Under the pieces are notes generated by a model. The model saw only the letters and a list, made by a program, of their open reading frames with translations, did no database searches and had not been told where the DNA came from. The position numbers and the translations under genes were made by a program. A stretch of 64,000 bases of DNA from an uncultured virus (IMG/VR IMGVR_UViG_3300044970_001619) (Duplodnaviria; Heunggongvirae; Uroviricota; Caudoviricetes): the IMG/VR virus record IMGVR_UViG_3300044970_001619, positions 1-64,000 of that record, one strand, 5' to 3'. The stretch's first letter is position 1, and each line of letters opens with the position of its first letter. Shown here piece after piece: positions 33,516 through 43,729 of the stretch.

Positions 33516-33605
33516 TTTTCATCATACATCAACAACTTTTGAGTGTCAAGTGTTGACAAGACATAAAAATCTAACTAAAATCACTCTGTTAGGTTTGAAG
33601 ATAAA

Positions 33606-34382
33606 TTATAACTTTAAATCATTTAAAGTTAATTCTTTCCCTTTTATTTTCCACCAATAACGAACATAATTTGAAGAGTCAATTTGAGTTCCTTTATGAG
33701 TTGATTGAATAAAATGTGGGTAAAAAGTTGAAGCAAAATTTATATTTTCATAAAATAAGGGAATTGTATATGCATTTTTAACTGCAGGAGAAAACAAAAT
33801 AGTTTCTATATAAGGAATTGTTTCCTCATTATATTCAACTTTTAAAAAATATTTTTCATTATTAAAATATAAATCTATTAATTTTTTAGCATAAGTTTTT
33901 TTAATTAAATAACTTCCTGCAGACCAATTTATATCCCAATTTCTATGATTCAATTTCATATCACTTTCTTGAATCTCTGATTTAATTAATGATAATTGAA
34001 TTACATTCCAATCTTTTGGTAATTCTTTAGCAAATTCTTGCCAATTGAAATTCCAATAATTTATAGATTCTATTGCCATATCATCTTCAAAAAAGATTGC
34101 ATAATCAGAATCTGAATTATAATACCACTCTGATATTGCTTTTAAATGGGAAATTGTAGCAGCAATTGCACCAGAATCCATAGACTCAAAATGAAGACCA
34201 TCAACAATATCGGGTTTATTCCTATAATCTTCTTTCCTACCATCATATGCTTCAATCATTTTTACATTTTCAATTCCATTTAAAATAAATTGATTTTCAA
34301 ATGATTGTTGTCTGTCGGTAGAATCACTTAAAGAAATATAATAAACTGGGGGAAAATTTATTAATTTTTCGTTCATTATCAA
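33606..34382 (-). CDS. glycosyltransferase family 25
   Basis: YYISL...DR, EAYDG, SHLKAI, IFFEDD. Confidence 0.85.
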   Translation of the reverse strand: MIMNEKLINFPPVYYISLSDSTDRQQSFENQFILNGIENVKMIEAYDGRKEDYRNKPDIVDGLHFESMDSGAIAATISHLKAISEWYYNSDSDYAIFFEDDMAIESINYWNFNWQEFAKELPKDWNVIQLSLIKSEIQESDMKLNHRNWDINWSAGSYLIKKTYAKKLIDLYFNNEKYFLKVEYNEETIPYIETILFSPAVKNAYTIPLFYENINFASTFYPHFIQSTHKGTQIDSSNYVRYWWKIKGKELTLNDLKL

Positions 34383-36265
34383 TCCTCCGTATCAAAGAAG
34401 AACATTTGCCATAGTCTTGCATTTTCCTTATTAGTTCCAAAGTATTCTGAAGCAGAATGAATACAACTTGCATCAAAAATTACAAGACGATTATATACAT
34501 TTCCAAATACATCTACAGGTTCAAATGGTGTTCTGTCTAAATGACAATCTCCTGGGGTATTAGCCCAATATTCATCCCATCCTTGGTCATAATAAGTTCT
34601 TGCTCTATTTTTCTTATCAGCATATAATGTAGTTCCACATTGAAATGGAGCATTGGGTGTGAGATAAATCATACCTCCCCATCTTTGACTATCACAGTGA
34701 TAGACCAATCTTTCTCCAGACCAGCAAATTTGAAACCTTCCATTCATTCCGTGTTCTTCCCATTTTGTAATCTTTTTACCCATCACAGATTCAAATGCTT
34801 CTTTTAATTTAGGGAATAAGAATTGATTAAATGTTCTTCTTCCAACAAATCCAGTAATTACACTTTCATCTCCAAATTCTTGTTCCAAAGCAAATTTACG
34901 AATCTCATCAGGGTTATCATAAAAATTATCTACAATCCAAGAAGTTGATTTTTTATATTCATTAATAGAAAAACAAGATTTATCTTTTTTTTGTTTAAAA
35001 GTTAGTCGTTCTTCATAATCTTTTAGTAAAAAATTATTTGATTCTTCTGATATGAGATTAAAATTATTCTTTTGCATAAAATCTACAATTTCTTCTTTAG
35101 AACTTGAATTTTTATACAAAGGTTTAATCTGAACTTCCAACTCTATAGTATCAACTTTATCAATCATTTTACCAAGAGATTTAATTACATTTAAATCATT
35201 TCCTTGTGTATCTATTTTGAGAAAATCTATATGTTCAATGCAATTTTCTTGCATAAAAGTATCAATCCTTTTCGTTTGGACATCAATTATTGATACGATA
35301 TTATCAAAACCTGGATCAAACTCTTGACATTTTTTTGCAAATTCTCCTTCTTTATCAATTTCTAAAAATGAAGAATAACCATAATTGTAATGATACTTTA
35401 GAGATTTTACCCCATCTTCATCAGATATTGCCATCTCATAAAATTCAATTCTTGGATCATTTTTATGTTTTTCAACAAGAATATTAAATACATGAGGAGC
35501 TGGTTCAAATGCATAGATTTTATCAAACCCATCAAATTTAGAGATTGTTTCACCAACACATGCTCCAACATCAAAACCTATTTTTTTTCTTATTGTATTT
35601 GGTTCCACGACTTCTTCATTATTGCTGACCTTTAAATCTTTATTTTCAAGAGTATATTTTTCTAAAATTGCATTATCAACGTTTATTACTTCCTTGGAGT
35701 ATTTTGCACTTTCTTGCTTAAAAAAAGTAAATAATTTTTCATTAACAAGATTTTTATAATTATCATTCATCACATTCCAATAATCATTCTTAAGAGATTG
35801 AAAAAGTTTTTTACTTTCTTCTCCTCGTCCCCACCACCAGGAGGCAAGTGCTTTTTGGTAAATAAGTGCATACTTTCCTTGATATTCTGGCAAATCTATT
35901 GATTCAACCTCATTTTCATAACATTTCAATCCAAAGTCTGCATACAAATAACATTGGTCCCATTCTTCTTTTCTTTCATAAAACAAAGAAAGAAAATAGT
36001 ATGCCTCTGGTCTTTCTGTCAGAAAAGATAAAGCAGCATGAATTAATAATTTTTCAGTTGCATCTCGTTTTCCTTGACTTTTATAGCAAACGGAAGAACG
36101 AAGAAGTGAAGTATATGCAAAATTTTTATTCTCTGTCCTTTCTGCTGCTCTAAAATAATAAACGTGTGCTGATGCGGTATGATTTTGCTTCTCATACCAC
36201 TGAGCTAGTTTATAATTTTTTTCAGGATTTTCTGTATCCAAACAAAAATCAATTAGTTCATTCAT
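34379..36265 (-). CDS. fusion: TPR-like + FkbM methyltransferase + 2OG-Fe(II)-like domain
   Basis: PEAYYFLS; FDVGACVG/AFEP/IDFLKIDTQG; VDNFYDNPDEIR..YHCD..YNRLVIFD..HSA..RLWQMFF. Confidence 0.85.
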   Translation of the reverse strand: MNELIDFCLDTENPEKNYKLAQWYEKQNHTASAHVYYFRAAERTENKNFAYTSLLRSSVCYKSQGKRDATEKLLIHAALSFLTERPEAYYFLSLFYERKEEWDQCYLYADFGLKCYENEVESIDLPEYQGKYALIYQKALASWWWGRGEESKKLFQSLKNDYWNVMNDNYKNLVNEKLFTFFKQESAKYSKEVINVDNAILEKYTLENKDLKVSNNEEVVEPNTIRKKIGFDVGACVGETISKFDGFDKIYAFEPAPHVFNILVEKHKNDPRIEFYEMAISDEDGVKSLKYHYNYGYSSFLEIDKEGEFAKKCQEFDPGFDNIVSIIDVQTKRIDTFMQENCIEHIDFLKIDTQGNDLNVIKSLGKMIDKVDTIELEVQIKPLYKNSSSKEEIVDFMQKNNFNLISEESNNFLLKDYEERLTFKQKKDKSCFSINEYKKSTSWIVDNFYDNPDEIRKFALEQEFGDESVITGFVGRRTFNQFLFPKLKEAFESVMGKKITKWEEHGMNGRFQICWSGERLVYHCDSQRWGGMIYLTPNAPFQCGTTLYADKKNRARTYYDQGWDEYWANTPGDCHLDRTPFEPVDVFGNVYNRLVIFDASCIHSASEYFGTNKENARLWQMFFFDTED

Positions 36266-37232
36266 TGATAAAATCCTCCAGAAAAGACTCAGAAATTTTT
36301 AAAATATATGCAGCATTATCTGATGCACCAAATGTAATTAGGTAATCATTTTTATATTTTGTCAAACCACAACAAAATTCTATTTTCATGTTTAAGAAAG
36401 AAAATAATTTAGAAAATTTTTGTTCTGTAAAATCATGATTCCAATATACAAATCTATGCCTATATGTTCCGTTCTTCCTACCTTGAACCGAATCATATAA
36501 ATCAGTTTCGTGAATTATCGTTAAATATCCATCTTTGTATTTAATAACTTGAGAACCACCTCTCATATCATTATATCCAGGAACATAAGAAGTAGTTTCT
36601 TGGACTATTGTTTCACCTCCATTTGGGTCAAATTTCATAATACAAGTTGGATTCGTCCACTTAATTAAATGAAATGGTTTTCCTTCTATTGGAGTGCAAT
36701 TTTTCATACAATATTCATCGTCTGGTGGTGGTCCTGGAATTCGGTATCTTGATACCTCCCTTACAGATTCATCATCAAATTCAAGTTCGCACATTTCCAT
36801 TCTCCCAACACCATTAGATGTTGTGTCTCTTCTGACACCACATAAGTAAATTTTATCTTCCCAATTTACCAAACGACCATCTTCAAGACCAACAAATTCC
36901 CAAAGTTCTTGATCTGGAAATTTGGAAGTATCTATTTTTGAATAGTATTCTACATTTAAATCATCATCTAGTTGTGCAATATAATTCCAAGTTCTAAGAT
37001 GCATATCATCTTCAGGGTGAACATATGTTAAGGGACCCCAGATATGCTCAAACCTATCCAATTCCGAATGATATAAAGTATAATTAACATTTCTAATATT
37101 AACTATTATTTTTTCATTTAAAATTAAAATAGAAGGATTATTTAAAGAAGGACCAGTAAAATCCTTTGAATCAAATATTAAAGGTTTTATTATTCCACCA
37201 TTTTCTAGTGCGAGTTTAACAAAATTATTCAT
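36258..37232 (-). CDS. five-bladed propeller glycoside hydrolase/phosphorylase-like protein
   Basis: NPSI, GLEDGRL, KNCTP, RGGSQ, IEFCCGL, ITFGASD. Confidence 0.7.
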   Translation of the reverse strand: MNNFVKLALENGGIIKPLIFDSKDFTGPSLNNPSILILNEKIIVNIRNVNYTLYHSELDRFEHIWGPLTYVHPEDDMHLRTWNYIAQLDDDLNVEYYSKIDTSKFPDQELWEFVGLEDGRLVNWEDKIYLCGVRRDTTSNGVGRMEMCELEFDDESVREVSRYRIPGPPPDDEYCMKNCTPIEGKPFHLIKWTNPTCIMKFDPNGGETIVQETTSYVPGYNDMRGGSQVIKYKDGYLTIIHETDLYDSVQGRKNGTYRHRFVYWNHDFTEQKFSKLFSFLNMKIEFCCGLTKYKNDYLITFGASDNAAYILKISESFLEDFINE

Positions 37233-37280
37233 AAACTATCAAAATAAATATGAAATATATGACTATTTAACATAGATAAA

Positions 37281-37862
37281 ATGAGTGAATTTTTAAGAAA
37301 GGGTTGGTATTATATACCAGATATAATTACAAAAGAAGACGCATTGCAAGTCAAATATAAAAATTTAATGGGCGCGATACAAGATTTAGGAGGATTAAAA
37401 ACTCACTTTGACCCAGAAAGAGGAAATGTATTAACTTGTTATGCACCACCTGCTTGTGCTTTTGTTATGAAAAGAATTCAACCAACATTAGAACAATTAG
37501 TTGGTGAAGAACTTATACCATCATACTGGTTTTCTACAACATATCACAATAAAGGATGGATGAATTGCCATACCGACCGTCCTTCCTGTGAAATATCAGT
37601 CACAATGAATATCTGTGGTGATGCTGCTTGGCCAATTAAACTTAAAGATTTAGAAGGCAACAAACAATCAGTTGTAACTCCTGTTGGTTGTGGTCTTGCT
37701 TATCTTGGAATGACCGTTCCTCATTGGAGAAGTCCTATGAGGACTCACAAGAATGATAGATTTATGCAACTCTTTCTGCACTTTGTAAGAAAAAATGGTC
37801 CTTGTGCTGAGTATGCGTATGATAAAAATCAAAAATGTTATGACCTACTCAATGGATCTTGA
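37281..37862 (+). CDS. 2OG-Fe(II) oxygenase
   Basis: HTDRPSCEISVT...HWR...QLFLHFV; the only credible plus-strand gene. Confidence 0.88.
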   Translation: MSEFLRKGWYYIPDIITKEDALQVKYKNLMGAIQDLGGLKTHFDPERGNVLTCYAPPACAFVMKRIQPTLEQLVGEELIPSYWFSTTYHNKGWMNCHTDRPSCEISVTMNICGDAAWPIKLKDLEGNKQSVVTPVGCGLAYLGMTVPHWRSPMRTHKNDRFMQLFLHFVRKNGPCAEYAYDKNQKCYDLLNGS

Positions 37863-38545
37863 ATCATAAAAATAGATCTAACCTCATCAAATCTATTATA
37901 AAGTTCTTGAATTTCTGTATGATTTTGAAGTTCAGTTGGAAGAGTTGGAAAACTTGTTGGGAATGTACTTGAGTTTGGCAAATCTCTTAAAGTTTGTCTC
38001 CAAGTTTTAAATTCTGCTGAAAGGGTTTCTTGCTCTAAGGATTTAATTGCCATCCAATCAGTAATTTCAAGTATTTTATCACGAATTTCTCTTAAAATGT
38101 CATATCTTTTTTCTTGCTGACGATTATCAAATTCTTCAATTTCAGTATCCCATTCTTGTTGAGTGATAATTTTAAGACCTTCACCTTCAGTTTCTTGAAT
38201 AATGTATGATTCTTGGTAGACAACATCATAAACAGTTTCTGTTCTTGTTTCTTCAGTTGATTCTAAACCAGGACGATTAGGAACTTCAACTTGTTTTTCT
38301 GTGAAACTAACTACTGTGATATTTGAATTGTTTTGATATTCAGTTAATTGCTCTTGAGAAACTGTAACCTCATATTCAAAATACTCAGGAATAGTGGATA
38401 AACAATATTGTATATTATCTTCAGTAAATAAATTATACTTAACCTCCAACCCCTTAATATTGGGCATCATTAAACCATAAGGTGTATCTGTTGCCCATCC
38501 ACCAGTATCACGATTAATCCAATAGTGCTTAAGAAGTTGAGACAT
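37838..38545 (-). CDS. tail-fibre assembly chaperone-like protein
   Basis: LREIRDKILEITDW...WRQTLRDLP...FP. Confidence 0.75.
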   Translation of the reverse strand: MSQLLKHYWINRDTGGWATDTPYGLMMPNIKGLEVKYNLFTEDNIQYCLSTIPEYFEYEVTVSQEQLTEYQNNSNITVVSFTEKQVEVPNRPGLESTEETRTETVYDVVYQESYIIQETEGEGLKIITQQEWDTEIEEFDNRQQEKRYDILREIRDKILEITDWMAIKSLEQETLSAEFKTWRQTLRDLPNSSTFPTSFPTLPTELQNHTEIQELYNRFDEVRSIFMIQDPLSRS

Positions 38546-38547
38546 CT

Positions 38548-39207
38548 TTAATAAACCTCTATGTTATATTTATCGGCAATCTCTTTGTCCATCTCATCTT
38601 TTGTTTTAAATCCTTTGACTCTCATCCAAGTTACAAGAGTATAACGATTTCCAGAAATCACAGGTTCTACCATATGCGTAAACCACCTTGAAGATGGAAA
38701 GCAAACAAGAAGACCTGGTTCTGGTTTAATTTTAATTCTTAAATCTGGAAAAGAAAAATATCCACCTTCAAAATCATCATTTAGAAAAAGAACAGTAGAT
38801 ACATCACGGTCTATTGTCTTCTTCCAAACCTGAGTTCCATCTGGATTTGTCCATAAACCTTCGGCATCATTGTGAGGTTTATAGTGTCCTCCTGGTTCAT
38901 AGCAAAGTAGTTGTGGTTCTTCACTATCTCTCACTTCAAATCCATAAAAAGGATTGATTACATTTTTTACCACATTATCAAGTAACTCTTTGACTTGTGG
39001 AAAAACTGGAAGTAAATCGGCACACTTTACATTTCTTGCCGATAAGTCAATTTTTGATTGTCTTTCTCTAGTCTTATCACTATTTTCAGCATCAAAAACG
39101 GACATTTGTTCTTTATGAGATTTTCTCATATAATCCGTTAAAAACTTCAACCCTTCTGGTGTAACAACTTTAGGTTGAATCAAAACATTCGCAAGAATAT
39201 CATTCAT
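38548..39207 (-). CDS. prolyl-4-hydroxylase-like 2OG-Fe(II) oxygenase
   Basis: YEPGGHYKPHND...LFLNDDFEGG...FPS...HMVEPVISGNRY. Confidence 0.9.
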   Translation of the reverse strand: MNDILANVLIQPKVVTPEGLKFLTDYMRKSHKEQMSVFDAENSDKTRERQSKIDLSARNVKCADLLPVFPQVKELLDNVVKNVINPFYGFEVRDSEEPQLLCYEPGGHYKPHNDAEGLWTNPDGTQVWKKTIDRDVSTVLFLNDDFEGGYFSFPDLRIKIKPEPGLLVCFPSSRWFTHMVEPVISGNRYTLVTWMRVKGFKTKDEMDKEIADKYNIEVY

Positions 39208-39232
39208 AGTAGAATACTGTAGATGTTTTTAT

Positions 39233-41116
39233 TTAGTTTGAGTTTGAAACTGCTGTTAATTCAGATTTAGCAGCAGTCAACCTTGCTGTCAATGTTGGAG
39301 TAGAAGTAGTATCACTTGAAAAATCAAGTCTCATAACAGTAGAAAAATATCCAATTACAAGTGGAGGAAGAGCACGATATCCACCACCAAAATAACCATA
39401 AGAAATACTTGAAACTGCTGCTAACCAATATCGATTACTTCCTAATTTTGAACCTGGATCACCCACAGTTTCATTTGAAAAATCAAGTCGGCTCATATTA
39501 GATATATTATTTGTTGCAGTTACGCCTCCACCAAAATATCCATAATTACTATTTGATGTTGCTCCCATTTTTTGTTTTGATAATGGAAAATTTGCTGTTG
39601 GTGTGAAGGAAACAATTTCTGTAGAAAAATCAAGTCTTTTAAAAGAACAAGTTACAACAGAATTTGAATATCCACCACCAAAATACCCATATATTGAATT
39701 GGAAACTACACCAAAACTTGAACAAACGTTTAACATAGTTGTTGTTGGTTCTGATATAGTTTCGCTGGAAAAATCTAAACGGTCAATTTTGCAAGTACCA
39801 TAACCACCACCAAAATAACCATAATTTGAATTGGATAAACCTCCTAATTCCGATCCACCAAGGTCAATTCTTGCTTGAGGTAAATTTTTTCCACTGGGTG
39901 CCGTAGTTCCATTAGAAAAATCTAAACGATCAATATTTGTAGAATATTGTCCACCAAAATAACCATAATAATTATTGGAAAATGATGCAAGTCTATTTTT
40001 TGCAATAGTTAATGTATTTGACAATGCTGATATAGATTCATTTGAGAAATCCAATCTATCAATAGTACAAGTATTTCCAGAAAAAGTAGGTGAATATCCA
40101 CCGACAAAATACCCATAAGTCTTAGAACTTGTTCTAAAAGATGACCCACTATTTGCAACTGCAGAACCTGATCTACTTTGATTTAACAACGTTGCGGTTA
40201 AGGTAGATATAGTCTCATTTGCAAAATCAAGTCGTTGTATAGTATTGATAATACCACTACCTCCAGGAGTTCCACCACCACCAAAATAACCATAAGCACC
40301 ATTTAAAGAACTGGTTGCCGGAGAACTTGAAAATGCAAGTGGTCCCCTTCTTACCGATGGTAAATTTTTTCCAGGAGCACTTACAGTTTCATTAGAGAAA
40401 TCAAGTCTTGATATTAAACAAACACCAGTTCCACCACCAAAATATCCATAAGATATATTTGATACTGCAGAATGGTCACCAACTCCAGCAGGCAAATTTC
40501 TTGTGGGAAGATTTAAAGTTCCATTGGAAAAATCAAGTCTTGTGATTGTACTTACAAGAGTTGGAGTATATCCACCACCAAAATATCCATAAAGATTACT
40601 TGATGCTCCTGCAAACCTTGCTCTACTTGGGGAAAAATTAGTGCCTGGGTTACTTACCGTCTCACTGGAGAATTCAAGTCTTGATATAATAGATGCTAGA
40701 CCGGGAGCATATCCTCCACCAAAAAATCCATAAAGACTATTTGACACTGCTGCTTGAGATGCTCTTGAGACAGCAGTAAAATTCTTTCCAGGAAGACTTA
40801 ATGTTTCATTTGAAAAATCAATTCTCACTAAAGTATTTAAATATCCACCACCAAAATAACCATAAAAATTGTTTGAGACTGCTGCTATTTGAACTCTTGC
40901 TACTGGAAGATTTTTTCCCGGGTTACCTGTTGTATTGGTTGCAAGATCTAATCTCGTAATCGTACTTGACTGAGTAGGAGCATTGACCGTAGTGCCACCA
41001 ACAAAATACCCATAAGTAGGATATTCGGGCCAATTTGATAAATTTCTTTGCTCTACGTTTAAAGACTGTCTGTCATAAACAGAATTTAATCCAAAAACAT
41101 CTCCTACAAAAGGCAT
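39233..41116 (-). CDS. Kelch-like beta-propeller repeat protein (paralog 1)
   Basis: about 12 YGYFGGG...RLDFSNE repeats. Confidence 0.85.
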   Translation of the reverse strand: MPFVGDVFGLNSVYDRQSLNVEQRNLSNWPEYPTYGYFVGGTTVNAPTQSSTITRLDLATNTTGNPGKNLPVARVQIAAVSNNFYGYFGGGYLNTLVRIDFSNETLSLPGKNFTAVSRASQAAVSNSLYGFFGGGYAPGLASIISRLEFSSETVSNPGTNFSPSRARFAGASSNLYGYFGGGYTPTLVSTITRLDFSNGTLNLPTRNLPAGVGDHSAVSNISYGYFGGGTGVCLISRLDFSNETVSAPGKNLPSVRRGPLAFSSSPATSSLNGAYGYFGGGGTPGGSGIINTIQRLDFANETISTLTATLLNQSRSGSAVANSGSSFRTSSKTYGYFVGGYSPTFSGNTCTIDRLDFSNESISALSNTLTIAKNRLASFSNNYYGYFGGQYSTNIDRLDFSNGTTAPSGKNLPQARIDLGGSELGGLSNSNYGYFGGGYGTCKIDRLDFSSETISEPTTTMLNVCSSFGVVSNSIYGYFGGGYSNSVVTCSFKRLDFSTEIVSFTPTANFPLSKQKMGATSNSNYGYFGGGVTATNNISNMSRLDFSNETVGDPGSKLGSNRYWLAAVSSISYGYFGGGYRALPPLVIGYFSTVMRLDFSSDTTSTPTLTARLTAAKSELTAVSNSN

Positions 41117-41123
41117 TTGGTTT

Positions 41124-41963
41124 CTACTCTATCTTAAGGTCTGGATTGAATAACGATTGAGGAATTTGCTTTTGCTCTTGTTCTTCAACACCACGAAGAA
41201 GTTGTTGATCCATACCAGTAATCTCCTCAATACCAGAAGCAACTGCCTGCTGAAGACTATTCAGGAAATCCATAGGATTATTTGGATCACCAAAAGTTCC
41301 TTTGGTACGATTGACATCATCTGTAAGAACCGTAGGAGCACTTGCACGTCTCATTGAACGAATATTACCAGCATTTACTCCAGTTCTTGCGGCAAGTAAA
41401 TCATCAAGTGATTGATTCGCAAGTCTGCGTTCCCAGTAGTTTGGTTGGTCTTCATTATATTGTTCTCTGGTAATTAACTTACCACCATTCAGTTCAACCA
41501 AACGATTAATGAGTTTATCAAAGCACTCCAGTTCTTCTACACAAGCTTTGAACCCACGATTCAAACCCTCAAGCATACGATGAAAATGAAACTCATCAAT
41601 ATCATACCAAGATAATTCTTCACCACCTTGTCTTGTTTTCCACCAAATTGGTTGTGTCTTATCTTTTCCGTCCCACTTATAATGAAATTCTCTTGCTGCT
41701 CTTTTTGCATCAATGACTTGCTGTAGAAGACCTTCTGCTACACTTCTACGATTGACAAGTGCTGCCTTAAATGCTGATGGAATTGTGAAATTATCGTGAA
41801 TGATAAACTTTTCAATCTGGAAATCTGAACGACCTTGTGCGAGTTCAGTTTCACTTTGTTCCCAACGAGTTGCCTCTTGAAGAACCTTAAGCATAAACTC
41901 ATTATCATCACCTAAAACTTCTTTAGATGTTGCAAGTGCAATTGCTTCATAATTGTTAGACAT
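41124..41963 (-). CDS. helical hypothetical protein
   Basis: 279 aa; GRSDFQIEKF, YWERRL. Confidence 0.8.
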   Translation of the reverse strand: MSNNYEAIALATSKEVLGDDNEFMLKVLQEATRWEQSETELAQGRSDFQIEKFIIHDNFTIPSAFKAALVNRRSVAEGLLQQVIDAKRAAREFHYKWDGKDKTQPIWWKTRQGGEELSWYDIDEFHFHRMLEGLNRGFKACVEELECFDKLINRLVELNGGKLITREQYNEDQPNYWERRLANQSLDDLLAARTGVNAGNIRSMRRASAPTVLTDDVNRTKGTFGDPNNPMDFLNSLQQAVASGIEEITGMDQQLLRGVEEQEQKQIPQSLFNPDLKIE

Positions 41964-42000
41964 ACTTATCCAATTTAACTAATAGTGTTGTTTGTATTTA

Positions 42001-43704
42001 TCAAGAAAACCTTTGCGTTACTGCAAGAGACAATCTTTTATCGGCAATTTCCTTTCCCCACTTTTTACAGAAGTGTAAGTATAACTGCTCTGTTCTTTTA
42101 TCTTTCTCTTCTTTAGTTTCGTGCTCTAAAGTTCTATGAGAAAAATGAAGAAGATAAGACTGATGATTAAACTTTGTTTCAAATCCAAGTTGTTCTGCTC
42201 TTAGTCCATAATCAATATCTTCACCACCACCCTTTCCAAACTCTTCATCCAATAAACCAACCTTTGAACTGACTTCATAAGGAACATAAAAACAATAGAA
42301 TGCTTTGATTAAGTTTGGTGCCACGTTCTGTAGTTGAGATGTAATTTGAGAAGCAATTTGATTTAATGATTCTTCTTTACCAATAAATTCTTCAAGTTCC
42401 ATTTCCCCCTTTATCCAATCACCCTGCAAGTGTTGATTGCATAAAGGAATAGAAACTGAATTTAAATCTCCTAAATTTTGATTCCAGTTTTTTGTAAAGA
42501 TAATATCATTATTCAATCCGATAAAATCGGCACCATCCATAATTGCTTGCTTAAGAATAAAGTTCATATTCTCGGCAAATGATTTTGATGAAGAATTTGA
42601 AACCACTGTAACATTATCATAGTCTTTTGAAAATGTTTTGTCATTATCAATTAAGAAAAACTTATCTTGTTTTCCGAAAATACTATTTCTAAAGAATGTA
42701 TCTAAAGCATAATGAGTGTATTTTTCAGAAGACTGCATTGTCGTCATACAATAATATCTTGGTCTTTGCTGAGTTGAACCTTGAAGACCTTGAATAAGTT
42801 TTTCCCAACCAACTGCAATCTTTTTCCAATCATAAGTTTCTTTGGTGATTTGTGAAAGTTCTTTTGTCGCAGCATAAAATGTTTGAGGTTCCTTATCAAA
42901 AAACTCAAAGCATCTTGAAAGTTCTTGTGCGAACTCATTAATAAACTTTGGAGATGGTTCCCAACCAACTTGGGTATTTTTTCCAGTCATTGGAATATAC
43001 TTACCACGATTGAATGAGACCTCTCTCAGTGCCCCTATATCACTCGTGATGGGGTAGCAACCACAAACCATTGCTTCTGCCATAGACACGCAGAAGGTCT
43101 CTTCCCAGACATTAGGATGCACGAAGAATGCAGCATCTTGTATGTGTGGAAGAAGTTGTTCTCGGTCAATGCAAGGAGAATATTCTACTCCAGGAAGAGA
43201 CTTAAGTTCTTCAATTGCTTCTAAGTGTTCTGGTATTTTAAAATGCTGTTCGTATTGTTCCCCATAAAGATTATGAGAAGAAAATACTTTTAATTTTGCA
43301 TCTGGATGATTTTTAATGACTTGTTTCCAGATTTTTGGAAGTGGTGTGATGCCCTTATGTGGTCCAGAAAAGAAAATTGCCGTCTTTGATTTTGGTGTTT
43401 TGAGATGAAAAATATCCGCAACACCATTTGGAATAACTACAATCTTTTCTGCGGGTGCTCTGTTGTATTTAATGTATTGCTCTGCTTCCCAGTTTGATAC
43501 ACAGACAATCAAGTCAATCTGCGATACAAGTTCTGGAAGTCTTAAAAGTTGTGGTTGGTCACAATTATCGTGTGCCCAGAGTATTTTATATTGCTTATTT
43601 GATTGTGCTAAGACTTCTATGCTTCTTGAAACTTCAACATTATTTGGAAATGAATAATATTGATTGAGATAATAAAAAGAACTTTCAGTTGCTCCAGATT
43701 TCAT
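42001..43704 (-). CDS. glycosyltransferase fusion (GT4/GT-B plus GT2-like)
   Basis: IPNGV, ETFCVSMAEAMVCGC, NNDIIF, GLLDEEF..GGEDIDY. Confidence 0.88.
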   Translation of the reverse strand: MKSGATESSFYYLNQYYSFPNNVEVSRSIEVLAQSNKQYKILWAHDNCDQPQLLRLPELVSQIDLIVCVSNWEAEQYIKYNRAPAEKIVVIPNGVADIFHLKTPKSKTAIFFSGPHKGITPLPKIWKQVIKNHPDAKLKVFSSHNLYGEQYEQHFKIPEHLEAIEELKSLPGVEYSPCIDREQLLPHIQDAAFFVHPNVWEETFCVSMAEAMVCGCYPITSDIGALREVSFNRGKYIPMTGKNTQVGWEPSPKFINEFAQELSRCFEFFDKEPQTFYAATKELSQITKETYDWKKIAVGWEKLIQGLQGSTQQRPRYYCMTTMQSSEKYTHYALDTFFRNSIFGKQDKFFLIDNDKTFSKDYDNVTVVSNSSSKSFAENMNFILKQAIMDGADFIGLNNDIIFTKNWNQNLGDLNSVSIPLCNQHLQGDWIKGEMELEEFIGKEESLNQIASQITSQLQNVAPNLIKAFYCFYVPYEVSSKVGLLDEEFGKGGGEDIDYGLRAEQLGFETKFNHQSYLLHFSHRTLEHETKEEKDKRTEQLYLHFCKKWGKEIADKRLSLAVTQRFS

Positions 43705-43729
43705 ATCAAAATGATGTAGGTGATTTTAT

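Noticed and set aside
38548..39207. Collagen prolyl hydroxylation by the P4H-like enzyme
   Set aside because: The collagen-like tracts contain no proline, so the substrate must be something else.
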